NCBI GenBank assembly: GCA_963849885.1
Contig: CAWKIV010000002.1
Location: 71,993 to 135,992, forward strand
DNA length: 64,000 bases
DNA from: an uncultured Actinomycetota bacterium
GTDB lineage: Bacteria > Actinomycetota > Actinomycetes > Mycobacteriales > CADCTP01
Reading direction: 5' to 3'
Position numbers and translations under genes: made by a program. Shown here in pieces: positions 45,796 through 56,044 of this stretch. Below the pieces are notes generated by a model. The model had not been told where the DNA came from. It did not search any database and saw only the letters and a list, made by a program, of their open reading frames with translations. Position 1 is the first letter of the stretch. Each line of letters begins with the position of its first letter.

Positions 45796-45826
45796 GGCAG
45801 GACGCTCGGCCGGGACCGGGTCCGGG

Positions 45827-47095
45827 TCAGACCCGGCCGGTCGAGGCCGCCCGCCGCCGGGACAGCGCGTCCACGCTGGCGGCGATGAGCAGGACCACGC
45901 CGGTCACCATGTAGACGACGGCCGACGGCTGGTTGAGCAGGCCCATCCCGTTGATGATCACCGCGATCACCAGCCCGCCGAGCAGCGCGTCGAGGATCTT
46001 GCCCTTGCCGCCGAAGAGGCTGGTGCCGCCGATCACCGCGGCGCCGACCGCGTACAGCAGGGTCTCCGCGCCACCGCTGGTGGGCGAGATCGAGTTGTCC
46101 CGGCTGGCGATGAGGATGCCGCCGACCGCGGCGAGGGTCGAGCCGAACAGGAAGCAGGCCTGCTTGACGCGCTTGACGTTGATGCCGGCGCGGCGGGCGG
46201 CCTCGGCGTTGCCGCCGACCGCGTACACGTGCCGGCCGAACGCGGTCCGGCCGAGGATGAAGTTGAGCCCGACGAGCAGCACCAGCAGCAGCAGAACGAC
46301 CTCGGGAACCCCCGTGATCGAGGCGACCGCGGGGTTGCGGCTGCGCTCCCGGCTCAGGTAGAGGGTGACCGCGCCGAGCAGCACGGCGAGCACCACGACC
46401 TTGGCCAGGATCACCGAGTAGCCCTCGGACTGCAGGCCGCCGGCGCGCCGGGCGGTGGCGCGGCGCAGCGACACCAGCGCGTACGCCCCGACCACGACCG
46501 CGAACAGCGCCCAGCCGAGCCAGACCGGCAGGTTGTCGTTGTTGATCGCCAGCAGCACCTTGTCCCGGACCGGGATCGTGCCGCCCTCGCCGATCAGCTT
46601 GAGCAGCACGCCCTGCAGCCCGAGGAACAGGGCGAGCGTCACCACGAACGACGGGATCCCGAGATGGGCGACGAGCAGGCCGATGACGGTGCCGATCACG
46701 GCGCCGGTGAGCAGGCAGAGGATCACCGACAGCCACCACGGCCAGCCCTCGCGGGTCACCGCGATGGCCATGATCGCCCCGGAGACACCCGCCGTCCAGC
46801 CGGCGGACAGGTCGATCTCGCCGAGCAGCAGCACGAAGACCAGGCCCATCGCGATGACGGTGACCGCGGCGGCCTGGTGGATCAGGTTGGACAGGTTGAA
46901 CGCGTTGGTGAACGTCTCCGGCCGCAGGATCGAGAAGGCGATGACCAGCACGACGAGGCCGAGCACGGCCGGCAGCGAGCCGACGTCGCCGCCGCGCACC
47001 CGGGCGACGTAGTCCCGGACCGCGGTGCCCAGCTCGCGCGGGGCGGGGGTGGGCAGCCGAGGGGTCTCCTCGTCCGCGACCGTGCTGGCGGTCAT
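45827..47095 (-). CDS. Sugar ABC transporter permease (XylH/branched-chain-type, 10-12 TM)
   Basis: ATG 47095 within shadow ORF 45827..47458. Recognisable segments are GEIDLSAGWTAGVSGAIMA ... GRHVYAVGGNAEAARRAGINV ... LFGGKGKI. Confidence 0.9.
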   Translation of the reverse strand: MTASTVADEETPRLPTPAPRELGTAVRDYVARVRGGDVGSLPAVLGLVVLVIAFSILRPETFTNAFNLSNLIHQAAAVTVIAMGLVFVLLLGEIDLSAGWTAGVSGAIMAIAVTREGWPWWLSVILCLLTGAVIGTVIGLLVAHLGIPSFVVTLALFLGLQGVLLKLIGEGGTIPVRDKVLLAINNDNLPVWLGWALFAVVVGAYALVSLRRATARRAGGLQSEGYSVILAKVVVLAVLLGAVTLYLSRERSRNPAVASITGVPEVVLLLLVLLVGLNFILGRTAFGRHVYAVGGNAEAARRAGINVKRVKQACFLFGSTLAAVGGILIASRDNSISPTSGGAETLLYAVGAAVIGGTSLFGGKGKILDALLGGLVIAVIINGMGLLNQPSAVVYMVTGVVLLIAASVDALSRRRAASTGRV

Positions 47096-47989
47096 GGCTG
47101 CTCCTCCCGGGACCGGTCCTCGGTGGACGGCACGGCGACGACCTCGGCCTGCTCGGCGATCACGTCCTCCGGCTCGGCGCCCGGCGCCAGCCCGATGGAG
47201 CCGGACCGGCCGGCGGTGATCAGCTCGACCACCTGGTTGGAGGTGACGTCGCGGGCCGGCACCTGGGCGGCCATCCGGCCCAGGTAGAGCACCGCGATGT
47301 TGTCGGCGACCTCGAAGACGTCGTTGAGGTTGTGGCTGATCAGCACGACCGCGAGGCCGCGGTCGGCGAGCCGCCGGACCAGCTTGAGGACCTGCTCGGT
47401 CTGCGCCACGCCCAGCGCGGCGGTCGGCTCGTCGAGGATGACCAGCTTGGAGTTCCACAGCACGGAGCGGGCGATGGCGACCGTCTGGCGCTGGCCGCCG
47501 GACAGGCTCGCGACCTGCTGGCGGATGCTGCGCACGGTGCGGACGGACAGGCCGGCCAGCGTCTCGGTCGCGCGGCGCTCCATGGTCGCCTCGTCCAGGA
47601 CGCGCCGGCGGGTGAGCTCCCGGCCGAGGAAGAGGTTGTGCACGATGTCGAGGTTGTCGCAGAGCGCGAGGTCCTGGTAGACGACCTCGATGCCGAGGTC
47701 GTTGGCCTGCTTGGGGTTGTGCACGGCGACCTGATGGCCTTCGAAGCTGTACTCACCGGAGTCGAACCCGTGGATGCCGGCGATCCCCTTGATCAGCGTG
47801 CTCTTGCCGGCGCCGTTGTCCCCGACCAGCGCGGTGACCTGTGCCCAGGTGGGCGTCGAAGTCGACGTCCTGCAGGACGTGCACCGCACCGAAGCTCTTG
47901 TTCACTTTGCGCAGCGACAACAGTGGCGCGGACTCCTGCTCTGGCCGCGCCTCCGCGGCCGCACTCGGCATCGTCATGCCCGACCTCAT
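47092..47989 (-). pseudogene. Sugar ABC transporter ATP-binding protein, +1 frame break just before Walker A as assembled
   Basis: The N-terminus LLSLRKVNKSFGAVHVLQDVDFDAHLG is in track ORF 47753..47989. The rest, QVTALVGDNGAGKSTLIKG...LSGGQRQ...LILDEPTAAL, is in track ORF 47092..47889, one frame over. Removing one base near 47841 (ggcAcaggtc) restores DVDFDAHLGQVTALVGDNGAGKS. Confidence 0.75.
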
Positions 47990-48053
47990 TCAGTTCGGTG
48001 ACGCGGGGGAGCGGTGGGCCGGCCGGGCGCCGCCGGCCGGCCCACCGGATGTG

Positions 48054-49156
48054 TCAGGAGATGCCGGCGCTGGCGCAGGCGGCGGCGTACTCGCCGGTGC
48101 AGATGTCGCTGGCCTTCCAGAAGCCGTCGTCGATGACGTCCTTGACGTTCGCCTTGAAGATCGACACCGGGGTCTGCAGCGCGGAGGGCACGTCCGTCTT
48201 GAGCACCGTGTCCTTGCACCTTGTCCTTGGCGATGCTCGCCGCGTCCTTGCCCTGGATCAGCGCGATCGCGAGCGCGGAGGCGGCGTCCGCCTCCTTCTT
48301 GATCGCCTTGTAGACCGTCATGCACTGGTCGCCGATGAGGATCGCCTGCAGGCCCGCGACGCTCGCGTCCTGACCGGTCACCGGCACCTTGCCGTTGAGG
48401 TTGTTGGCCTTCAGCCGGGCGATGATGCCGCCGGCCATCGTGTCGTTCGCGGAGACGACGCCGTCGATCTTGCCGTTGTTCTGGGTGTAGATCTGCTCGA
48501 ACGCGGTGCCGGCCTTGGTGGCGTCCCAGTTGCCGGTCTGGTCGCCGACCAGCTTGTACTTGCCGGAGTCGAACGCCGGCTTCCACGCACCCGCGTAGCC
48601 GGCCTTGAACAGCGCGGCGTTGTTGTCCGTCGGGTCGCCGTTGATGAACACGATGTTGCCGGCGGACTTGCCCGAGTCGGTGAGGCACTTCTGCAGGCCC
48701 TCACCCATGAGCTTGCCGACCTCCACGTTGTCGAACGAGACGTAGTAGGAGGCCCCGCCGCCGAGGGTGAGCCGGTCGTAGTCGATGGTCTTGATGCCCG
48801 CGGCCTGCGCCTTCTTCAGGCAGGCCGTGCCGGACTCGGAGTCCAGGTTCACGATCAGCAGGACCTTGACGCCGGCGTTGATCATGCCGTCGCAGATCGT
48901 GCCGAACTTCGACTTGTCGCCGTTCGCGTTCTGGATGTCGGACTCGATGTTGGCGGCGTCGAACGCGGCCTTGAGCAGCGGCCGGTCGTTGGCCTCCCAC
49001 CGCGGCGAGGTCGCCGCGTCCGGCAGGATCACCCCGACCTTGCCGGCGGAGCTGTCCCCGCCACCCCCGCTCGTCGCCGCCGTCGTCGCCACAGGCGGAC
49101 AGCAGCAGGGTGGCGGTGGCGAGGGTCGCCACCGCCCAGATCTGACGCTTGCGCAT
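48054..49156 (-). pseudogene. Sugar ABC transporter substrate-binding lipoprotein, two +1 frame breaks as assembled
   Basis: The signal peptide plus lipobox MRKRQIWAVATLATATLLLSAC (ATG 49156) is in one frame. The body GKVGVILPDAATSPRWEANDRPLL...DQCMTVYKAIKKEADAASALAIALIQGK is in track ORF 47986..49359. The tail DTVLKTDVPSALQTPVSIFKANVKDVIDDGFWKASDICTGEYAAACASAGIS ends at TGA 48056-48054, in a third frame. The breaks are near 49069 and 48216. Confidence 0.75.
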
Positions 49157-49249
49157 GGATGCGGTCCTTTCCCTGGCTGCGGGGGTCTGCTGCTCATCGG
49201 GCCGGGCCCTGCAGGGCCGTGGAGCCGGCCACCCGCGCCTGCCTGCAAT

Positions 49250-49266
49250 TGTTGTGACCGACAACA
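49250..49266. promoter_or_regulatory. Inverted repeat TGTTGT-N5-ACAACA upstream of the ABC operon (candidate ROK-repressor operator)
   Basis: Read directly from an AT-richer stretch about 95 nt upstream of the binding-protein ATG (49156). Any function is purely inferred from its position. Confidence 0.25.
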
Positions 49267-49422
49267 TATCCACGGGTGGTACGGGCAGCAAGCACCTTGG
49301 AGCCACGCCCTGACATTGGCCGTAACGATCGAGTAACAGGCGGCTGTGAGCGGGGTCACGCCGGCATCGACGGGTCGGAACCGGGCCGCAGCCGGGTCCG
49401 GCCGGGTCTGGCCGGGTGAGGC

Positions 49423-50124
49423 ATGCTGGGACGCGTGCGGGTGCTGGTGGTCGAGGACGAGGCGCCGCTCGCCGACGCGGTGGCCCGCGGGCTGCGCCGG
49501 GAGGGCCTCGCGGTCGACGTCGCGTACGACGGGGTGGACGGGTACGAGAAGGCGACCGTGACCCGGTACGACGTGGTGGTGCTCGACCGCGACCTGCCCG
49601 GCATGTCCGGCGACGAGCTGTGCCGGACGCTGGCCGCCGAGGGCGCGCTCACCCGGGTGCTCATGCTCACCGCCAGCGGCACCGTGGCCGACCGGGTGGA
49701 GGGGCTGTCCCTGGGCGCGGACGACTACCTGGCCAAGCCGTTCGCGTTCGAGGAGCTGGTCGCCCGGGTGCGGGCGCTGGGGCGGCGGTCCACCCCGCCG
49801 GCGCCGCCGGTGCTCACCGCCGGCGAGCTCGCGCTCGACCCGGCCCGCCGGACGGTCAGCCGGTCCGGCCGGCCGGTGGAGCTGACCCGCAAGGAGTTCG
49901 GCGTGCTGGAGGTGCTGCTGGCCGCCCGCGGCGCGGTGGTGTCCAGCGAGGAGCTGCTGGACCGGGTCTGGGACGAGAACGCCGACCCCTTCACCACCAC
50001 GGTGCGGGTGACGGTGATGACGCTGCGGCGCAAGCTCGGCGAGCCCGGGGTGGTGGAGACGGTGGTCGGGGCCGGCTACCGGGTGCCGGTGGAGCCGCCC
50101 GGTGCGGCCGCGGCGTCAGGGTGA
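49423..50124 (+). CDS. OmpR-family response regulator
   Basis: Track ORF 49423..50124. The receiver domain (VLVVEDE...VVVLDRDLPGMSGDEL...LMLTA...DDYLAKPF) is followed by a winged-helix output (LTRKEFGVLEVLL...GAGYRV). Confidence 0.9.
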   Translation: MLGRVRVLVVEDEAPLADAVARGLRREGLAVDVAYDGVDGYEKATVTRYDVVVLDRDLPGMSGDELCRTLAAEGALTRVLMLTASGTVADRVEGLSLGADDYLAKPFAFEELVARVRALGRRSTPPAPPVLTAGELALDPARRTVSRSGRPVELTRKEFGVLEVLLAARGAVVSSEELLDRVWDENADPFTTTVRVTVMTLRRKLGEPGVVETVVGAGYRVPVEPPGAAAASG

Positions 50125-51301
50125 TCCGGTGGCCCGGCCCGCGCTGACCCTGCGGCTGCGCCTGACCCTCCTCTACGGCGGGCTGCTCGCCGTGGTCGCG
50201 GCCACCCTGCTCGGCGCGGCCGTGATCGTGCTGGACCGGGCGCTGCGGTCGCTGCCGCAGTTCCCGCCCGAGGTGGTGCTGCGCTTCAGCGACGGCACGT
50301 CGCTGACCGCCGCGCAGTTCTCCGAGCTGGTCCGCGACTCCGCCCGCGGCGAGCTGCTCCGCTCCGCCGGGCTGGTCTTCGCGGTCACCGTGCTGGTCGG
50401 CGTCGCGGCCGCGTACGTGCTGGCCGGGCGGGCGCTGCAGCCGGTCAGCCGGGTGACCTCGACCGCGCGCCGGCTGTCCGAGGAGACGCTGGACCAGCGG
50501 ATCGGGCTGGACGGGCCGCCGGACGAGCTCAAGGAGCTGGCCGACACCTTCGACGCGATGCTGGCCCGGCTGGACGCCGCGTTCGACAGCCAGCGCCGGT
50601 TCGTCGCGAACGCCAGCCACGAGCTGCGCACCCCGCTGGCGGTGATCCGCACCGAGGTGGACGTCACCCTCGGCGACCCGGCCGCGACGGTGGCCGAGCT
50701 GCGCACCATGGGCGAGGTGGTGCGGGAGGCCAGCGTGCGCGCCGACCAGCTGGTGGACGCGCTGCTGGTGCTGGCCCGGTCCGAGGGGCAGGCCCGCACC
50801 GGGCTGGAGCAGCGGGAGCCGGTCGACCTGGCCGCGCTGGTGCCGGCGGCCGTCGGCGCGGTCGCCGCCGAGGCCGCGGCCCGCTGCCTGTCGGTGACCA
50901 CCGAGACCGAGCCGGCCCCCGCGGAGGGCGACCCGCACCTGCTGGAGCGGCTGGTCGGCAACCTGGTCGAGAACGCGGTCCGGCACAACGTGGACGGCGG
51001 CTGGCTGACCGTGCGGACCGGGTCGACCCGCGGCGCCGGCGCCTGGCTGGAGGTGGCGAACACCGGCGCCGAGGTGCCGGCCGGCGAGGTCGAGCAGCTC
51101 TTCCAGCCGTTCCGGCGCGGCGGCACGGCCCGGACCGGGTCGCGCGGGGCCGGGCTGGGGCTGTCCATCGTGCGGGCGGTGGCGGCCGCGCACGGCGGCG
51201 CGGTGGTCGCGGCGGCGCGGTCGGGGGGCGGGCTCGAGGTGACGGTACGGCTGCCGGCGCCGAGCCGGGTGCCGGCGCCGCCCGTCCCGGCCCGCGCCTG
51301 A
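50102..51301 (+). CDS. Sensor histidine kinase (2 TM, HAMP, HisKA, HATPase_c)
   Basis: Track ORF 50102..51301. It has the H-box FVANASHELRTPLAVI, N-box LVENAVRHN and G-boxes GAGLGLSIV. The start overlaps the regulator gene. Confidence 0.85.
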   Translation: MRPRRQGDPVARPALTLRLRLTLLYGGLLAVVAATLLGAAVIVLDRALRSLPQFPPEVVLRFSDGTSLTAAQFSELVRDSARGELLRSAGLVFAVTVLVGVAAAYVLAGRALQPVSRVTSTARRLSEETLDQRIGLDGPPDELKELADTFDAMLARLDAAFDSQRRFVANASHELRTPLAVIRTEVDVTLGDPAATVAELRTMGEVVREASVRADQLVDALLVLARSEGQARTGLEQREPVDLAALVPAAVGAVAAEAAARCLSVTTETEPAPAEGDPHLLERLVGNLVENAVRHNVDGGWLTVRTGSTRGAGAWLEVANTGAEVPAGEVEQLFQPFRRGGTARTGSRGAGLGLSIVRAVAAAHGGAVVAAARSGGGLEVTVRLPAPSRVPAPPVPARA

Positions 51302-51361
51302 CCGGGCCGGCCCGACCACCCGGTGCCCGGCCCGCTGGTCCCGCACCGACAAGCTGCGACA

Positions 51362-52654
51362 ATGGCCGCCGTGCCGCCCCCGCCCGCCACCGCGAGCCGG
51401 CCGCCGGCGAGCGCGACCGAGCCGGGTCCGCCCCGGCGCGCCGGCCGGTTCGCGCACTGGGTGCGCCGCCCGGCGCTCGCGGTCGCGCTGTTCGGGGTGG
51501 CCGTCGCGGTCAGCGTGGTCGAGGGCCAGCCGCCGCCGGCCGCCCGGGACAGCGGCGTCTCGGTGGACGCCGAGAAGCCGTACTCGTACCCGGTCGGCAC
51601 CCTGCTGGTGGTCGCCGACGGCCGGCTGCTCCGCTTCGACAGCGCGGCCCGGCGGGCCCGGCCGGTGCCGCTGCCGGCCGGCGTCACCGCGCTGCGCGCC
51701 TGGACCCAGCCCGGCGGCGACGTGCTGCTGGGCCGGCAGCCCACCGGCCGCACGGCGGCCTACCTGCTGCGCACCGGCCGGCCGGCGGCGCTGCTCGGCC
51801 CGGCCGAGGTGGTGGTGCCCAGCGCGGACCGGACCGCGGTCTGGCTGGTCGCCCGCCGGGTCGCCACCCGGGTGCCGCTGGCCGGCGGCGGCCGGGCGAC
51901 CGTGGCCCTGCCACGGGCGTCGCGGCTGGTCGCGGACACCCCGTCCGGGCTGATCGTGTCGACCGGGACGGTGCCGGACCCGGTGCTGCCGGGACGCCGG
52001 GAGACCCCGACGGCGACCGGGGCCCCGCCCGCCCGGCCGGCGCCCACCCCGACGCTGAGCCCGTCCGGCGCGCCGGCGACCGGCGCGAGCCCGCCGTCCG
52101 GGCTGCCGTCCGGGCCGACCCCGCCGCCGTACACGACCGCGTCGCCGGTGCCGTCCACCGGCCCGGAGGGCGTGCCGCTGACCACGCTGGTGGTCGGCCG
52201 GGACGCCAGCGTGCGCTACCTGGCCCCGGCCGAGGCGCTGGCCGCGACCGGCGACGTCGTGCTGCTGCGGGACGAGCAGCGGCGGCTCGGGGTGATCTCG
52301 CCGCGGCCCGGCGTCCGCAAGCCGCGCTGGCTGCCGAAGCTCAACGCGGTGGAGGCGATCGGCCCGGGCACCCTGGACGCCCGCGGCGAGACCTTCGCGG
52401 TGCTGGCCCGGATCCGGGACTCGGCCTGGCTGATGGCCGGGCCGACCACCGCCCGGACCGAGGCCGCGATCAACGTGGTCGCGCTGAGCGGCGGGCCGCC
52501 GGTGCCGGGGGCGGCGCCGCCGGCCTTCACCGCGTCCGGGCGGGTGCTGACGGTCCGCCCGGACGGCCGGATCGTCTACTACAACCCGGGCGAGCGCACC
52601 GGCTACACGCTCGGCGACACCCTGCCCGCCGCCTCCGCCGTGACGCAGAGCTAG
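51362..52654 (+). CDS. Hypothetical membrane-anchored protein with Pro/Thr-rich linker
   Basis: ATG 51362 (or 51323) in track ORF 51323..52654. One TM helix (ALAVALFGVAVAVSVV) is followed by two beta-rich segments separated by a Pro/Thr/Ser linker. I recognise no family. Confidence 0.5.
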   Translation: MAAVPPPPATASRPPASATEPGPPRRAGRFAHWVRRPALAVALFGVAVAVSVVEGQPPPAARDSGVSVDAEKPYSYPVGTLLVVADGRLLRFDSAARRARPVPLPAGVTALRAWTQPGGDVLLGRQPTGRTAAYLLRTGRPAALLGPAEVVVPSADRTAVWLVARRVATRVPLAGGGRATVALPRASRLVADTPSGLIVSTGTVPDPVLPGRRETPTATGAPPARPAPTPTLSPSGAPATGASPPSGLPSGPTPPPYTTASPVPSTGPEGVPLTTLVVGRDASVRYLAPAEALAATGDVVLLRDEQRRLGVISPRPGVRKPRWLPKLNAVEAIGPGTLDARGETFAVLARIRDSAWLMAGPTTARTEAAINVVALSGGPPVPGAAPPAFTASGRVLTVRPDGRIVYYNPGERTGYTLGDTLPAASAVTQS

Positions 52655-52658
52655 GGCC

Positions 52659-54750
52659 CTAGGGCAGGCTGGCGACTCCCGGCGGGAGGAAGCGGCGGCC
52701 GGTCACCCGCTCGGTCACCCCGGCCCGGTCCAGGTACGGCGTGATGCCGCCGAGGTGGAACGGCCAGCCGGCGCCCAGCAGCATGCACAGGTCGACGTCC
52801 TGCGGCTCGGCCACCACGCCCTCGTCGAGCAGCAGCCGCACCTCCTCGGCCAGCGCGGCCAGCGCCCGCTCCCGCACCTGCTCCGCGGTGGACGGCCGGT
52901 CGCCGACCACGAACAGCTCCCGCACCTCCGGGTCCACCTCCGGCCCGTCCGGCCCCCAGCTGAGCAGCCCCGGCTTGCCCGCCGCGACCAGCCGGCCGAG
53001 GTTGGCGCTGAGCGGGAACCGGTCCGGCCAGGCCGCGTGCAGCGTCTCCCCGGTGTGCAGCGCGACCGCCGGGCCGACCAGCCCGAGCAGCGCGAACGGC
53101 GACATCGGCAGGCCCAGCGGCGCCAGCGCCCGGTCGGCCACCTCCACCGGCGTGCCCTCGTCCACCGCCGCGGTGACCTCGCCGAGGAAGCGGGTGAGCA
53201 GCCGGTTGACCACGAAGCGCGGGCGCGTCCCGCACCAGCACGCACGACTTCTTCAGCTGCTTGCCGACCGCGAACGCGGTGGCCAGCGTGGCGTCGTCGG
53301 TGCGCTCGGCCCGGACCACCTCGAGCAGCGGCAGCACCGCGACCGGGTTGAAGAAGTGCAGCCCGACGACCCGCTCCGGGTGGGCCAGCCCGGCCGCCAT
53401 CTCGGTCACCGGCAGCGAGGAGGTGTTGGTGGCCAGCACGCAGTCGGGCCGGACCACCGCCTCCACCTCGGCGAAGACCTGCTGCTTGACCTTGAGCTCC
53501 TCGAAGACCGCCTCGATCACCAGGTCCGCGTCCGCGAACGCGTCCTTGGTCAGCGAGCCGGTGACCAGCGCCTTGAGCCGGTTGGCCTGGTCCGGGCCGA
53601 CCCGCTTCTTGCGCAGCAGCGTGTCCACCTCGGCGTGCACGTACGCGACGCCCTTGTCCAGCCGGGCCTGGTCCAGGTCGGTGAGCACGACCGGCACCTC
53701 GAGCCGCCGCGCGAACAGCAGCGCGAGCTGCCCGGCCATCAGCCCGGCCCCGACCACGCCGACCTTGGTCACCGGCCGGGCCAGCTCCTTGGCCGGCGCG
53801 CCGACCGGGCGGCGGGCCCGCTTCTGCACCAGGTCGAACGCGTACAGCCCGGCGCGCAGCTCGTCGCCCATGACCAGGTCGGCCAGCGCCTCGTCCTCGG
53901 CCGCGAAGCCCGCGTCCAGGTCGGCCGTGCGGGCCAGCTCGATCAGCTCGAGCGCCCGGTACGCCGCCGGGGCCGCGCCGTGCACCTTGGCGTCGGCGAG
54001 CGCCCGGCCGCGGGCGACCGCCTCGGCCCAGGCCGGCCCGCGGTCCACCTCCGGGCGGGACACCGCGACCTCGCCGCGGACCACCCGGGCGGCCCAGCGC
54101 AGCGACTCGGCCAGGAAGTCCGCGCCGTCCAGCAGCACGTCGGCCAGCCCGAGCGCGGCGGCCTGCTCCGGCTTGAGCATCCGGTTCTGGTTCAGCGGGT
54201 TGTCGATCATCACGGTGACCGCGGCGGCCGCGCCGACCAGCCGGGGGAGCAGCTGGGTGCCGCCCCAGCCGGGCACCAGGCCGAGGAAGACCTCCGGCAG
54301 CGCCAGCGCGGCCGCCGACCGGGACAGCGTCCGGTGGCCGCAGTGCAGCGCCAGCTCGAGGCCGCCGCCCATGGCCGCGCCGTTGACGAAGGCGAAGGTC
54401 GGCACCGCCGAGTCGTGCAGCCGGCGGAAGACCCGGTGGCCGAGCCGGCCCAGCTCCAGCGCGGCGGCCCGGTCCGGGATCAGCGGCACCCCGCCGAGGT
54501 CGGCGCCGACCGCGAAGATGAACGGCTTGCCGGTCACCGCGATCGCGGCCACCCGGGGCGAGTGCGCCTCCACCTCGTCCAGCGCGCGGTCCAGCGCGGC
54601 CAGCCCGGCCGGCCCGAACGTGGACGGCCGGGTGTGGTCGTGCCCGTTGTCCAGGGTGACCAGCGCGATCTCGCCGGACAGCCCGGGCACCTCGACGTAC
54701 CGGACCAGGGCCCGGGTGACGACCTCGCCGGGGAAGTCCGCCTTCTTCAC
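52659..54750 (-). pseudogene. fadB: Fatty-acid oxidation multifunctional enzyme (enoyl-CoA hydratase / 3-hydroxyacyl-CoA dehydrogenase), +1 frame break as assembled
   Basis: GTG 54750 (GGGAGG upstream) opens the crotonase domain (FAFVNGAAMGGGLELAL) and the HCDH domain (VGVVGAGLMAGQLAL...NTSSLPV) in shadow ORF 52651..55704. After ...KKSCVLVRDAPA the continuation FVVNRLLTRFLGEV... is track ORF 52659..53213. The extra base is near 53217 (gcgCttcgtgg). Confidence 0.8.
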
Positions 54751-55991
54751 TGTGCCTCCCCGCTCGCGCTGCGAGCACTCGCGCTTCCGGACCGCCCCGA
54801 CCAAGCCGGGTTCTCCCAGATCACCGCACCGCCCATGCCGAAGCCGACGCACATCGCGGTCAGCCCGTACCGCACCTCGGGGTGCTCGCCGAACTGCCGG
54901 GCCAGCTGGGTCATCAGCCGCACCCCGGACGAGGCCAGCGGGTGGCCGACCGCGATCGCCCCGCCGTACGGGTTGACCCGCGGGTCGTCGTCGGCGATCC
55001 CGTAGTGCTCCAGGAACGCCAGCACCTGCACGGCGAACGCCTCGTTGAGCTCGAACAGCCCGATGTCGTCGATGGTCAGCCCGGTCGAGCGCAGCGCCCG
55101 CTCGGTCGCCGGGATCGGCCCGACGCCCATCACCTCGGGCTCGACGCCGGCGAAGCCGTAGCCCACCAGCCGCATCCGGGCCGGCAGCCCCAGCTCGGCG
55201 GCGACCTCCGCGGCGGCCACGATGCAGCCGGTGGCGCCGTCGTTGAGCCCGGCCGCGTTGCCCGCGGTGATCCGGCCGTGCGGCCGGAACGGGGTCTTCA
55301 GCGTGGCCAGCGTCTCCACCGTGGTGCCCGGCCGCGGCGGCTCGTCCTTGGTCGCCAGCCCCCAGCCCAGCTCGGCCGACCGGGTCGCCACCGGCACCAG
55401 GTCCGGCTGCACCTTGCCGTCCGCGTACGCCTTCGCCAGCTTGGCCTGGCTGGCCGCGGCGAACGCGTCCGCCCGCTGCTTGCCGATGCCCGGGAAGCGG
55501 TCGTGCAGGTTTTCCGCGGTCGCGCCCATGACCAGCGCGGACGGGTCGACCAGCTGGTCGGACAGGAACCGCGGGTTGGGGTCGACGCCCTCGCCCATCG
55601 GGTGGTGGCCCATGTGCTCCACCCCGCCGGCGATGGCCACGTCGTACGCCCCGAAGGCGATGCCGCTGGCCACCGTGGTCACCGCGGTCATCGCGCCGGC
55701 GCACATCCGGTCGATCGCGAAGCCGGGCACCGACGCCGGCAGCCCGGCCAGCAGCGCGGCGGACCGGCCGATGGTCAGCCCCTGGTCGCCGGTCTGCGTG
55801 GTGGCCGCGACGGCGACCTCGTCCACCCGCTCGGGCGGCAGCCCGGGGTGCCGGCGGAGCAGCTCGCGGATGACGGCGACGACCATGTCGTCGGCCCGGG
55901 TCTCGGCGTAGAGGCCGGTCGGACCGGCCTTCCCGAACGGGGTGCGGGCGCCGTCGACGAAGACGACGTCCCGGAGGGGGCGGCTGGCCAT
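54747..55991 (-). CDS. fadA: Acetyl-CoA C-acyltransferase (thiolase)
   Basis: Track ORF 54747..55991. The active-site Cys is in IDRMCAGAMTAV, with NEAFAVQ, GGAIAVGHPLASSG and the terminal MCVGFGMGGAV. The stop overlaps the fadB start. Confidence 0.9.
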   Translation of the reverse strand: MASRPLRDVVFVDGARTPFGKAGPTGLYAETRADDMVVAVIRELLRRHPGLPPERVDEVAVAATTQTGDQGLTIGRSAALLAGLPASVPGFAIDRMCAGAMTAVTTVASGIAFGAYDVAIAGGVEHMGHHPMGEGVDPNPRFLSDQLVDPSALVMGATAENLHDRFPGIGKQRADAFAAASQAKLAKAYADGKVQPDLVPVATRSAELGWGLATKDEPPRPGTTVETLATLKTPFRPHGRITAGNAAGLNDGATGCIVAAAEVAAELGLPARMRLVGYGFAGVEPEVMGVGPIPATERALRSTGLTIDDIGLFELNEAFAVQVLAFLEHYGIADDDPRVNPYGGAIAVGHPLASSGVRLMTQLARQFGEHPEVRYGLTAMCVGFGMGGAVIWENPAWSGRSGSASARSASGEAQ

Positions 55992-56044
55992 GCGGCCGAC
56001 TCTAGCCGGGAGTGCTACTCGCCGGTAACAAGGCCCGCAGTGGC

